Origin: Elusimicrobiota bacterium
GTDB taxonomy: Bacteria > Elusimicrobiota > Elusimicrobia > UBA1565
NCBI GenBank assembly: GCA_002401485.1
Contig: NVTF01000003.1
Span: 1 to 53,194, forward strand
Reading direction: 5' to 3'
DNA length: 53,194 nt
Positions 1 to 8,778 of this stretch are shown here, piece by piece (positions within the stretch are counted from its first letter, which is position 1; every line of letters begins with the position of its first letter). Position numbers and translations under genes: made by a program. The notes under the pieces were generated by a model. It did no database searches and was not told the origin of the DNA. It worked only from the letters and a program-made list of their open reading frames with translations.

Positions 1-547
1 AACCTGAAACAGTCTGAAAGTTGCCTGACAAGGTAACCAGTGGGCGCCGGCCGCCGAAAAAGTGTCGGCGCAGTCCAAACCCGATCGTGTTGCTCTGGCC
101 GTTGCCGAAAGTGCCTTCCGAGAGCTGGAAATTCTTAGGCGTCGTCATATTGGCGACCCGTATGCCCACATCAAAGCGTTTCGGCAATCCGAGGCGCATA
201 TGCAGGGTTAAATTGGGAAACAGCATTTTGTCAGGCAACGCTTTGCCCGGGTCTTTCTCGGCCAGCGCCGGGACCTGAATTTCCGGGAACGCCGATTTGT
301 CAAAAGGCAAATGCCCCACACCCAAACTGACATCCGGCTGCATGCGCCAAGGTCGCATTTCGGTAGGGGGGTCGAAGGTCGAGCCGGCGGAAAAACTCAG
401 TCCGGTAGCGACCTCACCGCTGAGCCAACCCATCATCCTGCCAAAGTCATCGGATATCAAAGCATTGCCTGCCTTAACGGAACTGGCAGCCCCAGCCCAA
501 CCCGCTGTGGCGAGCCAAAGGAGGACGGCGAGGGCCGTCCTTCTCAT
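1..547 (-). CDS. Exported, probable outer-membrane beta-barrel protein (DUF6588-like); partial, runs off the left edge
   Basis: My translation from ATG 547 (not in the ORF track): signal peptide MRRTALAVLLWLATAGWAGA, then ...FPNLTLHMRLGLPKRFDVGIRV...NTIGFGLRRHFFGG. The frame stays open to position 1 and shows amphipathic strands. Confidence 0.7.
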   Translation of the reverse strand, partial: MRRTALAVLLWLATAGWAGAASSVKAGNALISDDFGRMMGWLSGEVATGLSFSAGSTFDPPTEMRPWRMQPDVSLGVGHLPFDKSAFPEIQVPALAEKDPGKALPDKMLFPNLTLHMRLGLPKRFDVGIRVANMTTPKNFQLSEGTFGNGQSNTIGFGLRRHFFGGRRPLVTLSGNFQTVSG

Positions 548-548
548 A

Positions 549-713
549 TTAATGTTTAATGGGAACGTTTCTGCGGCTTTCGGTGGACCAACGAACCGTC
601 CGTCGTCCGGATTCGAAGCTGAGTTGCGTGTGCCGTTTAGATTCGTCGCGATCATCACATTCGGTTGAACCGAAACGATTGCTGAGCGCGCCCTTGTTTC
701 CGTGTTTTCTCAT
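549..713 (-). CDS. Possible 54-aa leaderless upstream ORF
   Basis: TACAAT (721-726) lies 7 nt before ATG 713. Reads MRKHGNKGALSNRF...NVPIKH*; the stop is 1 nt before the ATG at 547. No recognisable domain. Confidence 0.3.
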   Translation of the reverse strand: MRKHGNKGALSNRFGSTECDDRDESKRHTQLSFESGRRTVRWSTESRRNVPIKH

Positions 714-808
714 CTAATTCATTGTAACGCAGACCTTCCCCGGCTTCATGAGTCGAGAGGCCCAGCAGCATCTGACTATAGGGCCTATATTGTTAAGGGC
801 AATAAGAG

Positions 809-840
809 CACCGCCTCTCCTAGGCATAGGAAAGGCGGTG
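809..840 (-). terminator. Hairpin, probable second terminator
   Basis: CACCGCCTTTCCTA-TGCC-TAGGAGAGGCGGTG followed by CTCTTATT on the minus strand. Confidence 0.55.
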
Positions 841-851
841 ACGAACTCCAG

Positions 852-882
852 AAATTCAGCCCAGAGAAGTTAGGCTGAATTT
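852..882 (-). terminator. Hairpin immediately after the stop of 883..1755
   Basis: AAATTCAGCCTA-ACTTCTC-TGGGCTGAATTT. Confidence 0.6.
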
Positions 883-1755
883 TTAAGGATTATCGTAGAT
901 CTCTAATTTTCCGTTTACTTGCTTAAGGCCCAGTCTTTTATCGTTGAGAACCTTAAAAACGGCGATTTTGTCGGAAGGCACCAGGGACTCAAGAACAAGG
1001 AAAACATGGATGTCACCCTCGGCGTCTGTCGTTATAATTGAAAACAAACGTTTTGTCGGATCGAGCTTAGGACCGTCTCCAACTCCATCGGTGTAGAAGA
1101 TCCGATAGTCCGTGCCGCCGATCTTGATCGCCAAACCCGCCGCTTGAATTTTATTAAGGAGGCTGCCAAGCCGAATGGCGCTCTCTTCATCACCGTTGGG
1201 ATCGTAAATATTAATCCGACTGCGCTTAGGCTTAAGCGGGTTGGCTTGAATTTCAACGGCGTGCTCCTTACCACCGATGGTCACCGACCCTTCCGCTTCG
1301 AGCAATCCAGCAATATTTAAAATCTGGGGTTTTGCATCACCTTCCACCCAGACACTCATGAAGGCATTCTGCTCGTTGTCAAAAACTCCGCTCACATAGA
1401 CCGTTTTTCCGTTAATCGTGGTTGTGTGCGTTTTCTTGAAATGTGTATTTAGATCGGTTTTCAGATCGAGCGTCGCCGTCGGACTGCCTGTAGCAGCCGA
1501 TCCGACCGATTGAGAGACATTTTTGATGTGGAACGGAACATCTTCCCCTTGAGCCACAGCCTGCACCATCATGGTGCCCTGGGAATCCAAATTGCCGAAC
1601 TGGGCTGTCCCAGCAGGTCCAACCAGGCGTCCTGCCGAAACATTGGCTCCGGGTATTAACGAAGTTGGAAGTTGTCCGAGTAACATCGGCTCGTTTGCCG
1701 ATACATTCGATGCGATAAGTGCGAGACTGAATACGAAACTGGCTAGGTGCTTCAT
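883..1755 (-). CDS. Secreted hypothetical beta-rich protein (290 aa)
   Basis: Signal peptide MKHLASFVFSLALIASNVSA; SD GGGAGG; flanked by its own promoter and terminators. Confidence 0.85.
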   Translation of the reverse strand: MKHLASFVFSLALIASNVSANEPMLLGQLPTSLIPGANVSAGRLVGPAGTAQFGNLDSQGTMMVQAVAQGEDVPFHIKNVSQSVGSAATGSPTATLDLKTDLNTHFKKTHTTTINGKTVYVSGVFDNEQNAFMSVWVEGDAKPQILNIAGLLEAEGSVTIGGKEHAVEIQANPLKPKRSRINIYDPNGDEESAIRLGSLLNKIQAAGLAIKIGGTDYRIFYTDGVGDGPKLDPTKRLFSIITTDAEGDIHVFLVLESLVPSDKIAVFKVLNDKRLGLKQVNGKLEIYDNP

Positions 1756-1848
1756 GGTCCTCCCTGACCTTCCCTAATGCGGGACCACCTCCCAGGCGCT
1801 AGGTGTCAGAGTTTTAGACGTTAAGTCCCCCCTTGATTGGGGGTCCCC

Positions 1849-1878
1849 ATTGTATCAACCCGGAAAGCAATTTTGCAA
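1849..1878 (-). promoter_or_regulatory. Sigma70-type promoter
   Basis: TTGCAA-18 nt-TACAAT (TG-extended) about 90 nt upstream of ATG 1755. Confidence 0.55.
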
Positions 1879-1920
1879 GCATGAATTGACCGTGATCAAC
1901 TTCTCGACGGAAGGAGGGGT

Positions 1921-1949
1921 AAAAAAAAGCGCCCCGAAGGGCGCTTTTT
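1921..1949 (-). terminator. Rho-independent terminator (possibly bidirectional)
   Basis: AAAAAGCGCCC-TTCG-GGGCGCTTTTTTTT, 23 nt after the stop of the NarL-type gene. Confidence 0.9.
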
Positions 1950-1972
1950 CCAGGTCCAATGCAGCGAAGGCC

Positions 1973-2650
1973 TTAGCTGCGTGAATCTTCAGGCGAGATC
2001 AGTCCGATCTCAATGCCTTTGACCACTGCTTCGGTCCGGTTGGAAACATCCAATTTCTGGAAAATACTGTTGAGGTGATTTTTGATCGTCTTGACGCTGC
2101 AGGTGAGACCCGCGGCGATATCTTTGTTGGCGAGACCGCGGCCCAACAGGGCAAGAACCTTAATTTCGGTCTTGGTCAGCGCCACCAAGGTCGCCTCGGC
2201 GGTCGAACTCGACATCTGGCGCAGGCCTTGGATGAGCTTGCCCATCACGGGCTGAGGGATCATCACGCCCTCGTTTGCGAAGGTTTTCAGCGCGTTGACG
2301 AGCTCAGAGGCAGGCAGCATCTTAGACAAATACCCATTGGCGCCCGCCTGAATCGACTCCATGACATGGGCCTCGTCTTCAAACGAGGAGAGCATCAAAA
2401 CATTGGTATCGGGACATTCTTGGCGAATCGTGCGCGTTGCACTCACGCCGTCCAAATGGGGCAGCTTAATGTCCATGAGAATCACATTCGGCTTGAGCTT
2501 CTTCGCCAGGCGAACCGCTTCATTCCCGTCAGCAGCCTCACCAATAACAGTGATTGTCTTCTCATTATCGAGAAGATCCTTAATGCCTTCGCGAAAAAGG
2601 GTCTGGTCGTCTGCGATTATAACGGTGAGTTTCTTTTTAGCCGGTGCCAT
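1973..2650 (-). CDS. NarL/FixJ (DegU-like) response regulator, REC + LuxR HTH
   Basis: IADDQ...ILMDIKLPHLDG...GYLSK receiver; LTKTE...GLANKDIA...SVKTIKNHLNSIFQKL HTH. Confidence 0.95.
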   Translation of the reverse strand: MAPAKKKLTVIIADDQTLFREGIKDLLDNEKTITVIGEAADGNEAVRLAKKLKPNVILMDIKLPHLDGVSATRTIRQECPDTNVLMLSSFEDEAHVMESIQAGANGYLSKMLPASELVNALKTFANEGVMIPQPVMGKLIQGLRQMSSSTAEATLVALTKTEIKVLALLGRGLANKDIAAGLTCSVKTIKNHLNSIFQKLDVSNRTEAVVKGIEIGLISPEDSRS

Positions 2651-2740
2651 CTAGCGATTCCTCCATGGAAACGTACAGCGTGATGCAGACGAGAATGTAC
2701 CAAAAATGTACTGCTGCTGTCTGCTAATTTAGGATCTTTA

Positions 2741-3880
2741 TTAAGCTTTTGCGCCCTGCTTTACCGGCTCGTGAGGGATGGTAAAATGAAAAGCGGCACC
2801 CTTGCCCAGACCCTGGGACTCAACCCAGATTTGTCCCCCATGACTATGCACGATTTCCTGGGAAATTGACAGACCGAGACCTAAACGGCCTTTTCGCGCG
2901 TCTTTCCCGCCGCTCTGGTGAAAACTTTCAAAAATCTTGTTCACTTCATCGGCCTCGATGCCCTCTCCGGTGTCTTTAACCGTGAACTGAATCATCCCGT
3001 CCTTATTCTGAGCGATCTGCACCTTCACACTCCCCTTTTTAGGCGTGTGGCGCAGCGCATTCTCCAAGAGATTTCCCAGAACCTGAGACAGCCGGCGTTT
3101 ATCCGCTTGAATGGGGGGCAACCCCTCAACCGGCTCAAAACTCAAGGCCACGCTTCGCTGATTCGCACGGATACTCACCGCTCCAACGGAATCATCGGCG
3201 ATTTTCGCGGGCGAGTGAGACTCCTTTTCAAGTCGGAATTTTCCCTGCTCAATCGAAGCCCAATCGACGAGGTCCTCAATAAGACGGGACAACTGCTGAA
3301 TGCCGTTGGAAATATACTGCGCGCGCTTCTTCTGATCCTCATCCGGGTTCAAGTTACCCATCAGCATCTCAAAGGAAACCTGAAGGGTCATCAGCGAGTT
3401 CGACAAGTCGTGAGAGGCCATCGAAAGAAATTTCGACTTCATGTTTGAGAGAAACAAAAGCTGCTCGTTTGCCTTCGTGAGATCACCGATCAGCCGGTTA
3501 TTCTCCTGCGACAAACGCATCTTCTCAACGGCTTTATGAATGACGCCCTTCAGTCGGTCAAAATCGACCGGTTTTACGAGAAAATCGTATACGGACTCTT
3601 GAATCGCTTTGAGCGCGGTATCGAGGGACGCGTGCGCGGTCAGCATGAGGATTTCACTTTCGGTGTTCACCTTGCGGATCTCGCGAATCACCTCGATGCC
3701 CGTTTTATCGGGAAGATTAAAATCCATCAAAATCACATCGAAGCGACCCGTCACAATGGCTTTCATCGCCTCGGCGCCCGAACCGGCCTCAACGACCTCA
3801 TACCCCTCGAGGTCTAGATTATCGTGCACACTCTCACGCAAGTTAGCATCATCATCAACGATAAGGATTCGAATGGCCAT
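2741..3880 (-). CDS. Hybrid REC-histidine kinase (cytoplasmic)
   Basis: N-terminal IVDDD/LMDFNLP/FLVKP receiver; H-box SHDLSNSL; NLLENALRH, DTGEGI, GLGLSI ATPase boxes. Confidence 0.95.
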   Translation of the reverse strand: MAIRILIVDDDANLRESVHDNLDLEGYEVVEAGSGAEAMKAIVTGRFDVILMDFNLPDKTGIEVIREIRKVNTESEILMLTAHASLDTALKAIQESVYDFLVKPVDFDRLKGVIHKAVEKMRLSQENNRLIGDLTKANEQLLFLSNMKSKFLSMASHDLSNSLMTLQVSFEMLMGNLNPDEDQKKRAQYISNGIQQLSRLIEDLVDWASIEQGKFRLEKESHSPAKIADDSVGAVSIRANQRSVALSFEPVEGLPPIQADKRRLSQVLGNLLENALRHTPKKGSVKVQIAQNKDGMIQFTVKDTGEGIEADEVNKIFESFHQSGGKDARKGRLGLGLSISQEIVHSHGGQIWVESQGLGKGAAFHFTIPHEPVKQGAKA

Positions 3881-3889
3881 CAGTGTTTC

Positions 3890-5914
3890 TTAGACTCCTT
3901 TCCCGCGACTGGGATCGATGAACCGCACCGCGGTTTGCGGAGGCCCCTCCGCCTGTCCCGGGGGCTGCGCTTGGGGAGGGGGCATCATCGGCTGCTGTTG
4001 AGCGATCGGCCCGGACGGAGCCGCGCCGCCGCTGGGCACGAGCGGCAGATACAACATAAATTTCGTTCCCTTGGCGGGACCCGTATCGACTTCAACCTTC
4101 CCGTTTATCCGGTTAATGGCTTTATGCACAACCGCCAACCCGAGTCCGGTGCCGCGCGCTTTTGTGGTGTAAAACGGCGTAAAAATCTTCTCAAGGACGT
4201 CCGGCGGTATGCCCGGTCCGGCATCGTGAATATCGAGCCGAACCCAATGTTGATCCACAATCTGGGTTGTAACCGTCGTTGTTCCCTTTTCAGGCATCAC
4301 CTCAACCCCGTTGCCGATAAGGTTGCGAACGGCTTGGCGCATTTCATCGGTATCGATCGTCACCACCGGGTCGCGGGGGTCAAAATGTTTGACCACCTGG
4401 ATATGCTTGGGGAAAGGATAAATCGATAGGACATCTTCCATGAAGAAATTCAGCTTCACGACTTCAGGCTTGAGATCGCGCTGACGCGAGTAGGTCAAAA
4501 TCTCATCGATAATGCCGTTGGCCTGTTTAACCTCGCTTTGAATGATGGAGCAGTGGCGCTCGACCTTCGGGTCCATGTCTCCAGCCTTCGTCAGCTTGGT
4601 CTTAATAAAGAAAATCGAGTTATTGATGACCGCGAGAGGATTTCGAATTTCATGGCCGACCACCGAGGCCATTTGGCCGATGGCTGCAAGACGCTCCTTC
4701 TTAATGAGCTCATCCTGCGCGGCCTTCAACTCCCGCGTGCGTGCTTCCACGCGGCGCTCCAGGTCGCGACCGTATTTCGTGAGTTCATCCTTCGCGTGCA
4801 GCAATTCCCCGGTTTTTTCCTTGAGGGAATCGCTCATTTGCAGGAAGGATTGCGCGAGGTCGCCGATTTCATCGTTGGTCATCGTGATCTCGGGCAGTTC
4901 CTCAAACTCGCCCATTTTCAGTTTTTCCCCGGCGACCTGCAGGGCGCGAATCGGCTGCGTGATATGGCCCGCCACGGCGAGGGATAAAAGCGGCGTGATG
5001 ATCAACACCCACAGGAAAACACGTGCAATCTGTTTTCGCATCTCAGTCGCCGCGAGATAAGCCGATTCGATGGGCTGCTGGACATAAACAACCCAGCCGA
5101 CTCCTTTCACCTCCGCATAAGCCCCCAGGACGCTCGAACCGTCATCCAATGCGATATTTCCGCCGCCCTTCTTCGCACTTTGCGTCATGATCACTTTTAG
5201 AATCTCATCGGGAAGGCCGGCCTTGCGGCTAAAAACCTTGTTCGGGTCGGAGTGAGCCACGAGAAAACTGTCGCGCACGTCGCCCGCAACAACAGCGGCT
5301 TCGGCGCGTCCCTTGTCTGGAAATTCTTGATGGAGCATCTGAGAAAGCCCGTTCAGACTCACCTTGCCCAGCAGCACCCCGCGTTTGACGGCTCTTGATT
5401 GCGCCATCGACACAATCGGAACCGCGATTGTCAGCGTCGGATACAGTCCCTGGAAGCGGCGCAAATCTCCAACGTATTCGCCCTTCTGTGAGGCGACCTG
5501 AAAAACGGTGTTATCGAAGAAATTCCGAAGCTCCGGCCGGGCGCCGAGGAAACGTCCTTTGCGAATCGTCTCGAGACCGTTTAAGTCGAAAACGGACAAC
5601 TCCAGAAACGCCGGATGCTGCTGCATCACGCGATTTAAATGCTGGTTTTGCCGAACCGGATCCATCGACGAAAATCCGTCGAGACGGGACGCGACATGAA
5701 GGACCGTTTTAAACGTTGTGATCAGGTTATGCGTGGTCTCAGCAAACCCGGTGGCAAGAGATTCCTGATTGCGGAGCGACTCTTCTTTAAGAACGTTTTG
5801 GGAAATGTTGACTAGATGCCAACCCACAACGCCCATCGGCGCCAGCGAGATGAGCAGGAACCAGAAGAGAAACTTATAAGCAAGCTTTCCGCGTCTTGGC
5901 TCCGAATACGGCAT
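3890..5914 (-). CDS. Membrane sensor histidine kinase (Cache-like + HAMP, NtrB/NtrY type)
   Basis: Two TMs around a periplasmic domain; HAMP (ITQPI...DEIGDLA); GHEIRNPL; DAGPGI, FTPFYTTK, GTGLGL; Pro/Gln-rich tail. Confidence 0.95.
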   Translation of the reverse strand: MPYSEPRRGKLAYKFLFWFLLISLAPMGVVGWHLVNISQNVLKEESLRNQESLATGFAETTHNLITTFKTVLHVASRLDGFSSMDPVRQNQHLNRVMQQHPAFLELSVFDLNGLETIRKGRFLGARPELRNFFDNTVFQVASQKGEYVGDLRRFQGLYPTLTIAVPIVSMAQSRAVKRGVLLGKVSLNGLSQMLHQEFPDKGRAEAAVVAGDVRDSFLVAHSDPNKVFSRKAGLPDEILKVIMTQSAKKGGGNIALDDGSSVLGAYAEVKGVGWVVYVQQPIESAYLAATEMRKQIARVFLWVLIITPLLSLAVAGHITQPIRALQVAGEKLKMGEFEELPEITMTNDEIGDLAQSFLQMSDSLKEKTGELLHAKDELTKYGRDLERRVEARTRELKAAQDELIKKERLAAIGQMASVVGHEIRNPLAVINNSIFFIKTKLTKAGDMDPKVERHCSIIQSEVKQANGIIDEILTYSRQRDLKPEVVKLNFFMEDVLSIYPFPKHIQVVKHFDPRDPVVTIDTDEMRQAVRNLIGNGVEVMPEKGTTTVTTQIVDQHWVRLDIHDAGPGIPPDVLEKIFTPFYTTKARGTGLGLAVVHKAINRINGKVEVDTGPAKGTKFMLYLPLVPSGGAAPSGPIAQQQPMMPPPQAQPPGQAEGPPQTAVRFIDPSRGKGV

Positions 5915-5924
5915 CGGCCATTCC

Positions 5925-6308
5925 TTAGCCGCGTCCCCGCATCAACAGCTGACGAATCCGGACCGACAGCTCCTGGAGGTCGAACGGCTTGGTTAAATAC
6001 TCGTCGGCACCGAGCTGAAAACCCTGGGTTTTCTCCTCGGCCGAAAGGAAGCGTCCCGTCATCATAATGAGAATCGCGTCCTTGAACCGTTTTCGCAGTT
6101 CCTGACAAATCTGGAAGCCGCTCGAATCGGGCAATTGAATGTCCATGATCACAACCTGCGGCTCGTTCTTGATCGCCGAATCAATACCGTCCTTGGCATT
6201 CCCCGCTTGAAGGCAGTTAAATCCCTCCAACTCGAGGACTTCCGCGAGACTTTCGCTCAAGTGAGCGTCGTCGTCAATGATAAGAAGCTTGGTCTCTTCC
6301 TCAGCCAT
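5925..6308 (-). CDS. Single-domain response regulator
   Basis: IIDDD, IMDIQLPD, MTG, YLTKPF; no output domain. Confidence 0.93.
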   Translation of the reverse strand: MAEEETKLLIIDDDAHLSESLAEVLELEGFNCLQAGNAKDGIDSAIKNEPQVVIMDIQLPDSSGFQICQELRKRFKDAILIMMTGRFLSAEEKTQGFQLGADEYLTKPFDLQELSVRIRQLLMRGRG

Positions 6309-6316
6309 GAAATCTC

Positions 6317-7114
6317 CTAGCCTAGCGATCCGGGCGGAATGAGCTTATAACCCACACACGGCACGGTCGTAATAAACTTTGCAGCCTTCCCGAGCTTTTC
6401 GCGCAATCGGCGAACGTGAACGTCCACCGTACGCGGCGAGCCAAAATAATTGTAGCCCCAGACCCGCTCGATCAGGTACGGACGACTTAGAACCCGGTTC
6501 GGCGAACTCAGGAATACATACAGCAAATCGAGCTCCTTGGAGGTCAACGGGACATTTTTCCCACCCACCTTCAGCGTGTAGCTCGTAAGATTCAATTCAA
6601 TCGGCCCCATTTTCAACAATTCTTCTTGAGGCTGGGACATGGTCCGATGCAATACCGCACGAATCCGTGCGAGGCATTCCGCCGCATCCTGATCAAGCGT
6701 AAGGCACTCGTCCGCACCGGCCTGAAAAAATTGCAATCGCAGACTCGTCCGCGGAGAGGCGGACGGTTTCGGTTTTACCCGAGCACTCGTCATTCCCCAT
6801 CCGGCGGGTAAGCGTTTCACGCCGCCGATTTCCGCACCCATCGATGGCGGAGGAGGCTGATGGTCCAGCAGCGCCGCAATGGCGAGCTGGCGTGTCGGCC
6901 CACGGGACCGCAAATTTTTCACGACCTGAACCCCTTCCGCATCCACGAGGTTTTGGCCCACAATCAGCAAATCACAACCGCGCTGCCCAATCAGGCCCTG
7001 CAGCTCCTTGGAACGCTGCACGACGGTTGTTGTAATGCCATTTCGGGAAAGTGATTCAAGCAGAACCCCGGCACGATTGGGGTCGCGCATCGCACAAATT
7101 ACGTTAATTCTCAA
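6317..7114 (-). CDS. OmpR/PhoB-family regulator with degenerate receiver
   Basis: Winged helix LTSKELDLL...VLSR...VWGY...RTVDVHVRRLREKL; TTG start overlapping the upstream stop. Confidence 0.9.
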   Translation of the reverse strand: MRINVICAMRDPNRAGVLLESLSRNGITTTVVQRSKELQGLIGQRGCDLLIVGQNLVDAEGVQVVKNLRSRGPTRQLAIAALLDHQPPPPSMGAEIGGVKRLPAGWGMTSARVKPKPSASPRTSLRLQFFQAGADECLTLDQDAAECLARIRAVLHRTMSQPQEELLKMGPIELNLTSYTLKVGGKNVPLTSKELDLLYVFLSSPNRVLSRPYLIERVWGYNYFGSPRTVDVHVRRLREKLGKAAKFITTVPCVGYKLIPPGSLG

Positions 7115-7551
7115 GCCGCTGGTTCCTCCACCGCCTCATCATCTTCCTCAATATCAAGATGGATCCCGCCGAGATTCACCGAATTGCCAAAGAAGTTGTA
7201 CAGAGCGGATACGAGAAGAACAAGCGCATCCATAAGAACCATGTACAGAAGCGCAAAGAAAAGAGTGGAAACAAGTTTCCAAAACAGCGGAGAGTCCGCC
7301 AGTTGAGGATTTGGCAGAATCACGAAGGTGATCAGTCCGCCGAAAAATCCGAGACTTCCCAGCACGCCCGAGACGGCCGGTTTCGTCGCAGCAAGCACGC
7401 CGCCTGCCATCGAGACGCCGCCAATGATGGAAAGGGCGATGTTATTTTTTGCGTAGCCCCCTAACGCCAGCAACATGCCGACAACCGCCGCCGCTATAAC
7501 GACGGGGTGGGCGATCCAGAAGGGGTCGATGCGACGAATTCGATAGCTCAT
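7111..7551 (-). CDS. Small membrane protein (DUF3566-like)
   Basis: N-terminal RIRRIDPF, about 4 hydrophobic segments, LYN...GGIHLDIE acidic tail. Confidence 0.75.
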   Translation of the reverse strand: MSYRIRRIDPFWIAHPVVIAAAVVGMLLALGGYAKNNIALSIIGGVSMAGGVLAATKPAVSGVLGSLGFFGGLITFVILPNPQLADSPLFWKLVSTLFFALLYMVLMDALVLLVSALYNFFGNSVNLGGIHLDIEEDDEAVEEPAA

Positions 7552-7640
7552 GAATGCTCTCCCGAGTACTGCTTTTCCTTAATGGGTCCTTATTATGTAG
7601 CAAGAATAATGCTTTTTAGCAAGGGTACAGGGTTTTCGGC

Positions 7641-8774
7641 TCAGACCATCGGGCCGGTAGCGCTTTTCTTGGGTTCAAAAAGGATAAGAGTCCGCCTAAG
7701 TTCGCCTTCTTCCTCAAGATGCACCGCTCGAACATGACATTGTTCTTGGCGAAAAAGCGTGTCGGTCTCCACAACCTGATTGGGACGATCCAACGCCACG
7801 CCGACGAGGCGAAGCACATCCTGCTGCTGGGAATCGATCACATCCAGCAGGTGAAGGCGTTGATTCGGGTCGGTCGGCTGATTCTGAATCGGGAAATTCG
7901 TGTACAGAACGGTGTTGTCTTCATCCACAACAATCGCCTTGTGATTTTTCGACACAATGGTCATGAGTATCGATTGCCACCAGCGCTGCTCAGCAACCCC
8001 GCGTTGTTTTTCCTTCACGAGCACATTCGCCCGTTCTGCTTTAATCTTCTGCACAAAAACACTGAACACATTGGCGAGTTCACCAATCTCATCCTTGCGG
8101 GCCGAGAATTTCAAATCGAGATTTCTAAAAGAAATAGCCTCAACGGCGTCCCGAAGCGTTTGCAGGGGACTGATCACAAAATGGTGCAGGAAGAAATAAA
8201 GAGGGATCCCCAATAAAAAGAGTACTCCCACCGCGCCCAAAACATATTTGTTCATCGCCTGAGCGATAATCTCGTCCACGCCTTTACGCGTGATCATCAT
8301 ATCGACGATGCCGACAACCTCCCCCCGTACGGCCAGGGGGATAGCAATCTCATAAAACGGCTGATCCGGGACCGCACGCACCTTCGGGGTTTTCGACATA
8401 TACGCCTGTTCAATCGCGTTCGTCGGGATATCCACATGTTTCTGGAATTCGTCAAACACCTTTCCGATCATTCCGGGGTCCTTGTACCACCGGACTTCCC
8501 CGTAGCGATTGAGATAAATTAAAGAGGCAACACGCTCGTCCTTCGAGAGCGCGTTTGAAATGATGTCGTATTCATCCATCGTGATCGACGATTGCCGCGA
8601 GGACAGTCCCTTGATGAGCTGGAAGGCGTGCACCTTCACGATATCGATCGACTGCTGCTTGAGTTTCTCATCGAAGGTCCACTTAAACAGGTTGTAATAG
8701 AAGATGCCGCCGAGGAACATGACATAGATCCCGATGCACAAATACCACATGAGCCATTTCACCGCGAGCTTCAT
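7641..8774 (-). CDS. Membrane sensor with HAMP and PAS-like tail, no kinase domain
   Basis: Start reassigned to MKLAVKWLM (ATG 8774). TM, periplasmic domain, TM, then HAMP (ISPLQTL...KDEIGELA), then about 110 aa without H-box or G-boxes. Confidence 0.85.
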   Translation of the reverse strand: MKLAVKWLMWYLCIGIYVMFLGGIFYYNLFKWTFDEKLKQQSIDIVKVHAFQLIKGLSSRQSSITMDEYDIISNALSKDERVASLIYLNRYGEVRWYKDPGMIGKVFDEFQKHVDIPTNAIEQAYMSKTPKVRAVPDQPFYEIAIPLAVRGEVVGIVDMMITRKGVDEIIAQAMNKYVLGAVGVLFLLGIPLYFFLHHFVISPLQTLRDAVEAISFRNLDLKFSARKDEIGELANVFSVFVQKIKAERANVLVKEKQRGVAEQRWWQSILMTIVSKNHKAIVVDEDNTVLYTNFPIQNQPTDPNQRLHLLDVIDSQQQDVLRLVGVALDRPNQVVETDTLFRQEQCHVRAVHLEEEGELRRTLILFEPKKSATGPMV

Positions 8775-8778
8775 GAGG

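Noticed and set aside
750-1830. GGGAC/GGCCC-like words as DosR-type boxes for the NarL regulator
   Set aside because: Matches are degenerate, and several (including 27282) are explained by RNA hairpins.
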